Origin: Veleropilina oligotropha
Lineage: Eukaryota
Assembly: GCA_048128005.1 (NCBI GenBank)
Contig: JBEUKZ010000010.1
Location: 558,001 to 622,000, forward strand
DNA: 64,000 nucleotides
Direction of reading: 5' to 3'
Shown: one piece after another, positions 34,902 to 44,627 of the stretch
Layout of the letters: the number at the start of each line of letters is the position of its first letter
Numbering within the stretch: the stretch's first letter is position 1
Notes under the pieces: generated by a model
Seen by the model: the letters and a program-made list of their open reading frames with translations, nothing else
Databases searched by the model: none
Told to the model about the DNA's origin: nothing
Position numbers and translations under genes: made by a program

Positions 34902-36932
34902 GTGGGAGCGTGCCTGTTAGCGCACAGCCAGTCGTGGCTAGAGCTGACAGACAGCAACTGGGTCCACTTAGTCGTGAGTGCCGGATACAAGTTGGCATTC
35001 AACCGGCATCCGACCTTAACCGAGGCACCACCATCAAGACACGCTCGCCTCCTAAACGGAGAGAAACAAGCGGTCTTAGACCAGGCAGTGCGGGATTTGC
35101 TCCTAAAAAGAGCGATATATCCCGCCCCGCCCAGCACACCAGGATTTTACAGCCATTTCTTCCTGGTCCCGAAACCCGATGGCCGCTGGCGACCGATCCT
35201 CGATCTCTCGTATCTAAACCGATATCTTCGTACCGAGAAATTCCAGCAAGAAACCCTCTCGAAGATTCGAGCGGCCATCCGTCCGGGCGACTGGGCAGCG
35301 TCTATCGATCTAACCGACGCGTATCTGCATGTCCCGATGCATATCACGGCTCATCAGTACCTTCGGTTTATACACGGGGAGACGATCTACCAATTCAGGT
35401 GCCTACCGTTCGGTCTATCGTCAGCCCCGTACGTCTTCACGAGAACAGTACAGGCCCTCGGAGCCTTCCTACACTCTCTAGGGCACAGGGTACATATGTA
35501 CCTCGACGACTGGCTGATCCTCGGGGCGTCCCGAGATCTGTGCCTCCGGTCTACGAGCTTTACCCTGTCATCGACGAAGCGCCTGGGATTTCAGATCAAC
35601 GAGACAAAATCCTGCTTCGTGCCCTCGACGACGTTTACGTTCCTCGGAGTCGACTTCGATACGGTCCGGTACACCGCGAAGCCGACCCAGAAGCGTATGC
35701 GGAACCTACGCGCGGTTATCCAAGACACCCTGTCATCGGACATAACTACGGCGCGACAACTGGCCACTGTCCTGGGGCACATCGAGTCGGTAGCGACCCT
35801 GCTACCGACGGGTCGCATGGACAAACGACAGTTACAACAGGCGTTCAGGGATCGCTGGATACAACGGACGGGGCAGTGGACGGATCGCATCGATCTACGG
35901 CATTGGTTTACCAACACAACAGCAGTGTGGTTGAACCCTGCTTTGCCGGACCAGTCGGTTCCTATATCCCCGCCAGAGCCGAACGCTTACCTGTTCACAG
36001 ACGCTTCGAACGACGGCTGGGGTGGTCACCTCGACAGTTACGAGACATCAGGCCTATGGCCGACGGACCTTCAGGGACGACATATCAACTTCCTAGAGTT
36101 AGAAGCCGTCTACCTGTCAGTACGGTCTCTCTCGTTACATCTCCGCAACAAGCACATAATGCTCGCCACGGATAACACGACTGTCGTCGCTTACATCCAG
36201 CACCAGGGCGGCACTCGCTCGCGTCCCCTTTGCGACCGAGCAATAGACCTACACCGCCTAGTGATGTCCCTCAACTCGACGATTCGAGCCCGACACATCC
36301 CGGGAAAGCTGAATGTCAGAGCGGACTCGCTCTCTCGGAAATCACAGATAATACACACAGAGTGGACGCTACACAGCCGAGTAGCTCGGGACGTTTGTCG
36401 CCGGTGGTCACAACCCCAAGTCGATTTGTTTGCAACAGAATTCAATTACCGACTACCTCTGTATGTCTCCCCGTACCCGGACCCGGCCGCCCTAGCGGTC
36501 GACGCACTGTCAATGACATGGGAGAATCTGTCCGCATATGCCTTCCCCCCGTCGTGCATTCTATCACTGGTATTACAGAAGGCATCGAACGAACGTTGCG
36601 AGATAACGCTAATAGCGCCCCTGTATCGCACGCAACCTTGGTTTCCGACCCTTCTCGATCTGATCGTCGATCGACCGTTAGCGTTACCGCAGAAACTAGA
36701 CCTGTTAATGAAGCCGCGCACCCGTGTACTCCACGAATCGCCGAACGACTTACGTTTACACGCCTGGCGGTTATCGAACGATCCCTTGCTAAGAAAGGAT
36801 TTTCTAGAGCAACAGCCCTACGCATCTATCGATCGCGACGGATTTCCACGACAAAAGTTTATGACTACCGATGGGTCAAGTACGTGGATTGGTGTCACAG
36901 CAGGCAGGTCAATATACTCCGTCCCCCTGTGA
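34902..36932 (+). CDS. DIRS copy 2 pol (RT, RNase H, methyltransferase-like)
   Basis: Same motifs as copy 1 (YLDD, LFTDAS, VDLFAT, YAFPP); frame open. Start set at the VGACLL equivalent. Confidence 0.92.
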   Translation: MGACLLAHSQSWLELTDSNWVHLVVSAGYKLAFNRHPTLTEAPPSRHARLLNGEKQAVLDQAVRDLLLKRAIYPAPPSTPGFYSHFFLVPKPDGRWRPILDLSYLNRYLRTEKFQQETLSKIRAAIRPGDWAASIDLTDAYLHVPMHITAHQYLRFIHGETIYQFRCLPFGLSSAPYVFTRTVQALGAFLHSLGHRVHMYLDDWLILGASRDLCLRSTSFTLSSTKRLGFQINETKSCFVPSTTFTFLGVDFDTVRYTAKPTQKRMRNLRAVIQDTLSSDITTARQLATVLGHIESVATLLPTGRMDKRQLQQAFRDRWIQRTGQWTDRIDLRHWFTNTTAVWLNPALPDQSVPISPPEPNAYLFTDASNDGWGGHLDSYETSGLWPTDLQGRHINFLELEAVYLSVRSLSLHLRNKHIMLATDNTTVVAYIQHQGGTRSRPLCDRAIDLHRLVMSLNSTIRARHIPGKLNVRADSLSRKSQIIHTEWTLHSRVARDVCRRWSQPQVDLFATEFNYRLPLYVSPYPDPAALAVDALSMTWENLSAYAFPPSCILSLVLQKASNERCEITLIAPLYRTQPWFPTLLDLIVDRPLALPQKLDLLMKPRTRVLHESPNDLRLHAWRLSNDPLLRKDFLEQQPYASIDRDGFPRQKFMTTDGSSTWIGVTAGRSIYSVPL

Positions 36933-38188
36933 ACAAGTTTATCGAGTTTTTATCGTCGCTCTTCGACCGCGGTATGTCAGTGTCCGCTGTCAAAGGCTAT
37001 CGGGCAACGATCGCGACCACGTTAAAACAGTGTCGTGCCCATGCTGGCCTATCAAGCGACCGAACGATTTCAGATTTTATACGATCTTACGAACTCGAGA
37101 TGCCGACCCGGACCATTAAGCCACCTGCCTGGAATATCGTACTTATTCTTAACGCATTACTCTTACCCCCGTATGAGCCGATGTCCGAGATAACCATGAG
37201 GAACTTGACGCACAAAACGGTTTTTCTGATCGCCTTAGCGTCGGGCAGGCGTTGTTCCGAGATTCATAGTTTCTCCGCCGAGCTAAGAGATATTCGATTC
37301 CAGTCAGACGGGTCGGTGATGTTGCGTCCTATTCTGGGCTTTCTAGCCAAGAACCAACGGCAGAACGAGGACGCACCCGATGTTATTATCCCTCAGCTAA
37401 CGCTAGTCGGAAGGCACGATGCAGACCGCTTCAATTGCCCCGTACGGGCCCTGCGCTTCTACCTAGACAGAACCCGTGATATGCGGCAAGGAAAATTACG
37501 TTTATTCATGTCGTATTTACCTACTTATACCCGCGACATTACGAGAACAACTGTTTCGCGGTGGATTTCACAGACTGTGAGAGATGTATACCTCCGCTGT
37601 GAAGAAGTAGACCGCACTACTTTGTCGGTCCGCGCCCATGAGGTCCGGGCAATTGCTGCGTCTGTTGCATTCCGACACAGTTTGAATATAACTGCGTTAC
37701 TTCAAGCGGGTTATTGGAAGAATGCTAATGTCTTTGTTAAACATTACCTGCGGGATTATAATAAATACTTTATTTCCAGAGAGAGTACAGTTAGTTCAGT
37801 GAACCAATCTTCCCTGAGTCCCTCCATAACAAAGAATATTAAAATAAAAGTACTATAAACTACACAGTTAATTCAATGACATATACATATATGTGACACA
37901 AACACATATTACTAACTATTTACATATATAACATATAATGTACATGTATACATAAATATGCAACTTAGGAGGTTTGAAACCTCTTCTACCAATAGATAAT
38001 GTGCATATCATACACTTCGTGAATGTATTGCAGTACAACTGTATTGATAAATTACATAACAGTTGCAATATGAGTAATATCCATGCAAATGTTTATAAAT
38101 TACATTCAATACGATGTCTCATTTTGGTATTTTTTAAGAAATACATTGGTACATCTCTGACTATGCCACAGCCTCCAATATCATCATT

Positions 38189-41100
38189 TTATATCGCTTT
38201 TTTTATATGTTCTATGTATAGCCGTTTAAAGTCATTAAGATTTATTGAAGTTTTGATAGAGGCTGGAAGATTATTCCATAAGGAAGCCCCTGAATATTGA
38301 AATGATCTTTTCAGAGTTTCTGTTCGGGGCTTAGGGAGAGAGAGTGTACGAGCTGCCACAGACCTCAGTTGTCTGCCAGATTGATCAGTGTAATACTGAA
38401 ACTTCTCTGCCAAGTATTTAGGAGCGAGATTATTTAAAGACTTGAACATTAAAATTCCTCTATTTAATAGAAGTCTTTGTGGAAAACATAGCCATCCAAG
38501 TGTCTGGAAAAGCTCTTTACTAGGGATTTCATAACCTGCATCCAGTATAACACGAGCAGCCTTTTTTTGTAATCTTTCAATACGAGAAATATTTGATAAT
38601 GAACAGTTACCCCAAACTGTACAGCAATAGTCCATTAGAGGAAGTATGTAACTATTATAAAATAGTTTTCTGAGGTAAATTGGTAGATACCTCTTTATTC
38701 GTCTAAGCAAGGAAATGCGGGATGATATTAGAGAGCATGTATGGTCAATATGTGTTTTCCACGACATGTTTTGATCAATATGCACACCAAGAAGTTTCTC
38801 TGAGGTGGTTGATTTTATGGTTTCATTGTTAAGAATGATGGAACACCCGGAATTCATGCTCTTTAACTTTTGGTTGCTCCCAATGATCATAGATTTTGTT
38901 TTCTGAATATTGATGATCATACCATTGTTTTTGCACCATGTATTAACGTTATCAAGATCTTGGGCCAAATGTTCAGTAATAATTTCTTGATTTGTTCCAG
39001 ATGTATGTAGAGTAGCGTCATCTGCGTACAATTCACTTTTACACGTTTCAACACAAAGTGGTAGGTCATTTATAAATATAAGAAATAAGATGGGACCAAG
39101 AATTGAGCCCTGTGGAACACCACTACTAATGGCAGTTAATTCAGAATGACTGTTTCCAATACACACTTTCTGCTTCCTATCATATAAGTATGAAATAAAC
39201 CAATCTAATGATAATGAGCTCAGTTCATATAGCTTAAGCTTTTGAATTAGCAAACCATGATCTACCAAGTCAAATGCCTTTGTTAGATCTACAAAAACAG
39301 ATCCTGTTACATTTCCATTGTCAATGTCAGTTAACCAATCATCAGTAATTTTTGTTAATGCTGTTTGACATGAATGTTTATCACGAAATCCAGATTGACA
39401 ATTATTAAGAAGCTCTTTATCACTCAAATATTTTGTTAGTTGACGACCAACGTGTTTCTCTAGTATTTTAGAAAGTGTGGGAAGAATAGAAATTGGACGA
39501 TAATTTTCACACTTTGTTTTACTACCTTTTTTATGAATGGGCATTATTCTAGCATGCTTAAAACATACTGGAAAAGTTGCCTTGCTAATGCTAAGATTAA
39601 AGATATAAGTTAGAGAATTGGCAATAATACTAGCTGACATTTTTAATACATTTGGCCCAATTCCATCAAGTCCTGTAGCCTTTGTAATGTTAAGCTGTTC
39701 TAAGGATTTAGCTACTTCATGACAGGATATGTATTTTAAGTTGAATTGGTCCATAGCAGATACTTTGTCACAAAGATAATCTTTTAAAGTACTTAAGTCA
39801 GTAGAATTTAATGCATTTGGCTTTAAAATTGAAACAATATCCTTAAAGTAACGATTCATGGCATTTGCAATATCTTCATGATTATCAGTTACCCTATCAC
39901 CAAGTTCTAGTTTAGTGGGATATGGCCCATTACAATTTTTAAGTTTTGAAATATCCTTCAGTACATTCCACATACCCTTTGCATCTGCTTTATTTTCAAC
40001 TGACTTTTCCACATACTTTTTCTTAAATGCTTGTATAAGACTTTTAGATTTGTTTCTCCATAATTTATAGTTAACATCATCATTTTTCTTTTTGTAATAG
40101 TCCCTTAGCCTACATGCATCCTTGATATCATTATGATACCAATCAGGTTGCTTGTATCTTCGAACACGCTTACTTTTCATTGGTGCATGTTTATTTAAAA
40201 TACTTAAAAAAATATCATACCATAAGTTCAAGCAAACGTCTGGATCATCATGTTGTTCTATTTGCAAAAAGGGTGCTACTGATAGATCCTCCAAAAATTT
40301 ACTTTCATCAAATTTTTTAAAATTTCTATAATTGATTTCCAAATGAAATGATTTTTTAACAACTTGATGGTCATATTTTGTGATGCATGTTGGGTAGTGA
40401 TCACTGAGGCCATACACTGGGACTGTTACATTTGTAATATTTTCTGGGTTGGTGGTGTAGACATGGTCGAGTAGAGTAGCACATTTAGCTGTTATTCGCG
40501 TTGGTTCAGAAACCATTTGATGCAAATCATGTGTCTGCACCAACTCCTTCCATTTAGAGGGTAGGGATGAGAAGTTTTTATAATCAATGTTGAAATCACC
40601 TAGTATTATCATTTCCTTTTCTTCTTCGGATGCTTTCATCAATTGATTATCAAAACTATCTATCCACGATGCTATAGCCGAGGGAGGTCGATAACAATAA
40701 CATATTAAATAAGATTTGCTTTTTGTTGGGTAAATTTGTAGCCACATCGATTCGATATCAGAGTCCTCAAGGTCACGTCTTCTGCTATAATTTAATTGTT
40801 CTCTTAGGTAGACAACTATTCCTCCTCCAGTTCTCCCTACTCTATCCCTACGCTGCATAATATAATTTTGAATATTGATCTCGGAATCTGATACAGTATT
40901 ATTTAAAAAAGTTTCAGTAAAACCAAATATATCAACTGGTATTGTTGCGCCATGAATTTGTAGTTCTATTTCGTCTAACTTTGGCAATAAATGACAGATA
41001 TTCAAATGAACTATATTCATGCCTTTCTTATAACATTTGAATGGATTATCATTGATCACTTCGTGCAGTGATAATGGTAGTACCTTAAACAGATATAATA

Positions 41101-41344
41101 TACAAATTAAACACATAATGCATATCATAACATAAACCAAAACATTGTCACATTCATGATCGTAGTTAGTAAAATTATTTAATAATGCTTGGGACCCAGG
41201 GTTTACTGACATATGCTCAGAAGGAATATTACCTGCCTGAAAGTTATTAGATGGAGGAACCTTACAATCAGTATTATTTACCATATACAAATCTATTTCA
41301 GTGTCACCCATATTATTGAATATTGAACATTTGCACAGACTCAA
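38189..41344 (-). CDS. LINE ORF2: AP endonuclease plus reverse transcriptase
   Basis: HLNI, FTET, YRPP, GDFNID, LLDHVY, SDHY; NYRPISILP, QSGFR, GVPQGSILGP, YADD; C-terminal DYCCTVW and ERLQKKAARVIL typical of the CR1/L2 group. Confidence 0.95.
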   Translation of the reverse strand: MSLCKCSIFNNMGDTEIDLYMVNNTDCKVPPSNNFQAGNIPSEHMSVNPGSQALLNNFTNYDHECDNVLVYVMICIMCLICILYLFKVLPLSLHEVINDNPFKCYKKGMNIVHLNICHLLPKLDEIELQIHGATIPVDIFGFTETFLNNTVSDSEINIQNYIMQRRDRVGRTGGGIVVYLREQLNYSRRRDLEDSDIESMWLQIYPTKSKSYLICYCYRPPSAIASWIDSFDNQLMKASEEEKEMIILGDFNIDYKNFSSLPSKWKELVQTHDLHQMVSEPTRITAKCATLLDHVYTTNPENITNVTVPVYGLSDHYPTCITKYDHQVVKKSFHLEINYRNFKKFDESKFLEDLSVAPFLQIEQHDDPDVCLNLWYDIFLSILNKHAPMKSKRVRRYKQPDWYHNDIKDACRLRDYYKKKNDDVNYKLWRNKSKSLIQAFKKKYVEKSVENKADAKGMWNVLKDISKLKNCNGPYPTKLELGDRVTDNHEDIANAMNRYFKDIVSILKPNALNSTDLSTLKDYLCDKVSAMDQFNLKYISCHEVAKSLEQLNITKATGLDGIGPNVLKMSASIIANSLTYIFNLSISKATFPVCFKHARIMPIHKKGSKTKCENYRPISILPTLSKILEKHVGRQLTKYLSDKELLNNCQSGFRDKHSCQTALTKITDDWLTDIDNGNVTGSVFVDLTKAFDLVDHGLLIQKLKLYELSSLSLDWFISYLYDRKQKVCIGNSHSELTAISSGVPQGSILGPILFLIFINDLPLCVETCKSELYADDATLHTSGTNQEIITEHLAQDLDNVNTWCKNNGMIINIQKTKSMIIGSNQKLKSMNSGCSIILNNETIKSTTSEKLLGVHIDQNMSWKTHIDHTCSLISSRISLLRRIKRYLPIYLRKLFYNSYILPLMDYCCTVWGNCSLSNISRIERLQKKAARVILDAGYEIPSKELFQTLGWLCFPQRLLLNRGILMFKSLNNLAPKYLAEKFQYYTDQSGRQLRSVAARTLSLPKPRTETLKRSFQYSGASLWNNLPASIKTSINLNDFKRLYIEHIKKAI

Positions 41345-41425
41345 ATTACATTCTGGGCATATTGATAATAAAATAGTAAACTTATTTACAGTTTTGATCT
41401 CGGCATTTTCTGCTTTGCCAATATT

Positions 41426-43457
41426 CTATTCATGACGTTTATTTGTGATACACATTCTTGATTTGTGACCATATTGACCACAATCCCAACACTGCACATG
41501 GGTGCCATGTCGGCACACATTTGTTATGTGCCCTGTCTCGCCACAATAAAAGCACGAGTTCGAAAAAGATTTCTGATGATTGCTGGTGTGTAGTTCACTT
41601 CCTTTAGATCTCCAATTTAGTATGTTAACAGTGTTATCCAAGTTTTGGAGTAGCAGAGATGTTCCAAACTTAGTTAAATGTATTCCATCCATTGATATGG
41701 CACCATTCCTAGACGCGCATGTAAAGTTATCCACAAATTCCAAGCCATACGTTTCGCAGAGATCTTTTAATGCTCCGTTCAGATGTGTGACATCCATCTC
41801 TCCTAGGAGTTAGTCCAGACACAATAACTTCAATGTCAGTATTGTGCGAGTAGATGACATTAAACAATCCCTGGTACTGACGTAGCACATCACTTTCGAG
41901 GACACCTTGACTGATATCATTGCCACCAGCATGGATGATTATGGTGTCATATCCATTGATATCGAGGTTGAGGAGCACATTTCGTATTCGTGGGATTGTT
42001 GCGCCTCGATTCGTACTCACATGAACGCGAGACAGCAGTCCTCTTCTATTGATATGCTTCAATATTGACGTTCCAATGATTAATGTTCTTGAGGGAACAT
42101 CCTTTTGATGATTAAGAGGGGGGATCGTGTCATTAGTGTTCGCCGTAATCCTCAAGTCCACTTCTGAGTCCGCATTGACATCACGATGGCAGTCCGCATT
42201 GACATCACGATGGCAGTCCGCATTGACATCACGATGGCAGTCAGCATTGACATCACGATGGCAGTCAGCATTGACATCACGATGGCAGTCAGCATGCACG
42301 CTGCTGCCTAGGTTAACACCATAGTTCTCTGCCGAGTCAGTATTAACCTCAGCTACGTTTGCTGATGCAGATGCAATACTTTTATCTAACATCTCGTCAT
42401 GTAATGGGTTGCTTTGTTTTGTGTCTTTCAAAAGTGTCTGTTGGGGGCAACTAGAGTGTGTGATATTGCACTCTTTCAAAGACTGCACTTGCACTCTCTT
42501 TGGTTTGGCAACGAACTGTCGATTCATATCTGTGATTTGGTTCATTTGTGAAGTTATGATTTGCAATTGTTCTTCACATTGCTCATTGGCTTGCTTTAAT
42601 TCTGCAAGGAGATTTTTGTTATCTTGAGTAAGCAACTTGATGTCAGTACGTTTATGGGCAAGTTGATTTTCCAGGTTTTCAATACGTTCTTGTTGGAGAT
42701 TATGTTCCAATTGTAGTTTCCTGTACTGATCAGTTTCTCCAGATATTGGCTTGCTTAATGAAAATGTTTTCAGTCTTCTTTTGGCTCTACTTAATGATGC
42801 ATTGTTAATTTCAATTTGGTTTAGATAAGACTGGTTTTGGTCTTGCAGAATGTTTATTCTGTGATCATTATCCAATGAGGTCATGCACGACTGATTGATT
42901 TTGTCCTGGACTGAGGTGCAGATATCTACAGAAGTCTCCATGCTTGACTGATCAGTAAACAAGGAAACTCTCTTCACTGCTGTCTGACTGTTGACACAGC
43001 AGACTCCTGGGGTGGATGTTGTTGGTAATTGCCCTGCCCTCTGAATATGGATGCAATCATCAACAACAGCTTTGAGTTGACAATTCCACCACATACTGCA
43101 CCCACTACCTTGCACATGAATTTTTTTTGCTTTGTTATAAAAAGTCATAACTACATTTTCATTGTTGTAGATAGTTTTGATAATGTGACCATCAATTCCC
43201 TTTAAGTCCATGCAAATATTGTTTGCAATGAAATATTCGCAAACAGTGTTGTACAGGTCATAGTCATGGAAAGATATAACAATAGAGCAAGCTCTCTCCA
43301 GGTTATTTTCCACAGAGTACTCTGTTGTTGATAAGTCTGCACCATCACAGATAGGTTGAATCACACTTGTATTGTCAATGCCTAGTACATCCATGCCTGT
43401 AAATCCTGTAAAGGTCTCAAAAAGTTCTGGTGCTGAGATATCATGACTGACGGCCAT
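41426..43457 (-). pseudogene. LINE ORF1: coiled coil, SGNH esterase and two CCHC zinc knuckles; frameshift at ~41800
   Basis: IIGTSIL, RGATI, HAGGND in one frame; DGIH, CFYCGETGHITNVC and CWDCGQYGHKSRMC in the next frame; AAGATGGCC start context. Confidence 0.85.
42166..42296. repeat. 24-bp in-frame tandem repeat in LINE ORF1 (DVNADCHR x~5)
   Basis: GTCCGCATTGACATCACGATGGCA repeated. Confidence 0.9.
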
Positions 43458-44537
43458 CTTGTTTGCAATGCTGTTAGTTTTCACATGTTGAAATATGTTC
43501 GCTTACCCATATCTCATAAAGTGCACCGCTGTTCCACAAGAAAACTTCCTTACATACTCAGATGATATTTATGATTGTGATGCCTCATCTTAGAAGGGTC
43601 ATTTCAGCAAATATATCCACTGGTGCTGATGGTTTGAGCAATTTACAGTGTGTTGCTGCTCAACGGTGTATTGTTAGACCGAGGTCGTCTAATCAGTAAG
43701 TATTGTTCTTGATTGATCAATTTACATAATTTACTGACGCCATTTTATTTTGTTGGCCTAGCGGTTCTGTGAAATAGACACCTATGAGGCTTTTCAATGT
43801 CTGTTCATTTCTTAAAAGCATTTTAAGATTTTGTACTTTACATGTCATACCTGAGTATTTGACAAGCCAGATTACATTGAATTTAATAAAACAACTTTAT
43901 AATTTTGCGCAAATCTTAAAAGATTTGAGGTTCAATATTATTATGTTCTATGCTGTAATCGAACATACGATGTTCAATACATTGAAAAAATTTTAATATT
44001 TGATTCCTTAAAATTTATTTTAAGTAACATGTCGTACATATTAGCTTCCTTAAAATGTATTTTAAGTGACATGTCGTACATGTTAGCATTCGCAAGTTGG
44101 TCATGCGAATTACTTATTAATATCGATTATTTATAATAATCTATTAATTCTTTGCTTTGATTTAAAGCTTTCACAACCTGTTAGGTTCCGTGTGCTTACA
44201 AATCCGACTGCATCCTCTGGCTGCCGGCCTATAGGCCCGGAGTACCATTTGGCTGCCACTGGTCCATGACACGTAAGACCTACAGGGATTCATCCTTCCG
44301 GCCGTGCCTGGGGCTGATTGCACTTCCGTTCACCTCGTCCGACTAACACCACGGCGTATTCTCCCGGTAACACTGGTCGAAATTCTCGCTTGGTAAGGGT
44401 AGAATAATACTCAGTAAATTCCACTCTGGGCGGACACAATCGACGCTTCAAATGCTGATTGAACTGGTGAAAAGTAAGTCATTATCTTGTTTGGGTTTGT
44501 TGTAAGGAACTTCTTACCCACCTATCCAAGGTTATTC

Positions 44538-44627
44538 TGGCAAGAGTAAGGACGTAAGTATGTTTGTAACTACATATGAGGTTTTAATTTAAACCTAATA
44601 TTAGTTAAAACATACTTACGTCCTTAC
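44538..44627. other. DIRS copy 2 internal complementary region (ICR)
   Basis: Reverse complement of the 5' end (31635-~31674) fused to the reverse complement of the 3' end (~44877-44928). Confidence 0.92.

Larger units (their letters stand above)
37760..43615 (-). mobile_element. Near-full-length CR1/L2-group (Crack-like) LINE
   Basis: ORF1 plus APE-RT ORF2, ~430-nt 3' UTR ending AATAAAGTATTTATT; boundaries defined by the interrupted YR gene; no TSD evident. Confidence 0.92.
36230..43699 (+). pseudogene. DIRS copy 2 tyrosine recombinase split by a LINE (36230-37759 plus 43616-43699)
   Basis: KHYLRDY ends at 37759; the remainder STGADGLSNLQCVAAQRCIVRPRSSNQ* resumes at 43616 and matches the copy 1 C-terminus. 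Confidence 0.93.

Noticed and set aside
44222..44245. GCCGGCCTATAGGCCCGGA resembles the twister ribozyme P4 region
   Set aside because: Lacks the GU...AAGC loop and the other conserved elements; explained as a simple palindrome.
44454..44482. CTGATTGA...GAAA as a hammerhead ribozyme core
   Set aside because: Spacing is not CUGANGA and no stem III or cleavage triplet can be formed.
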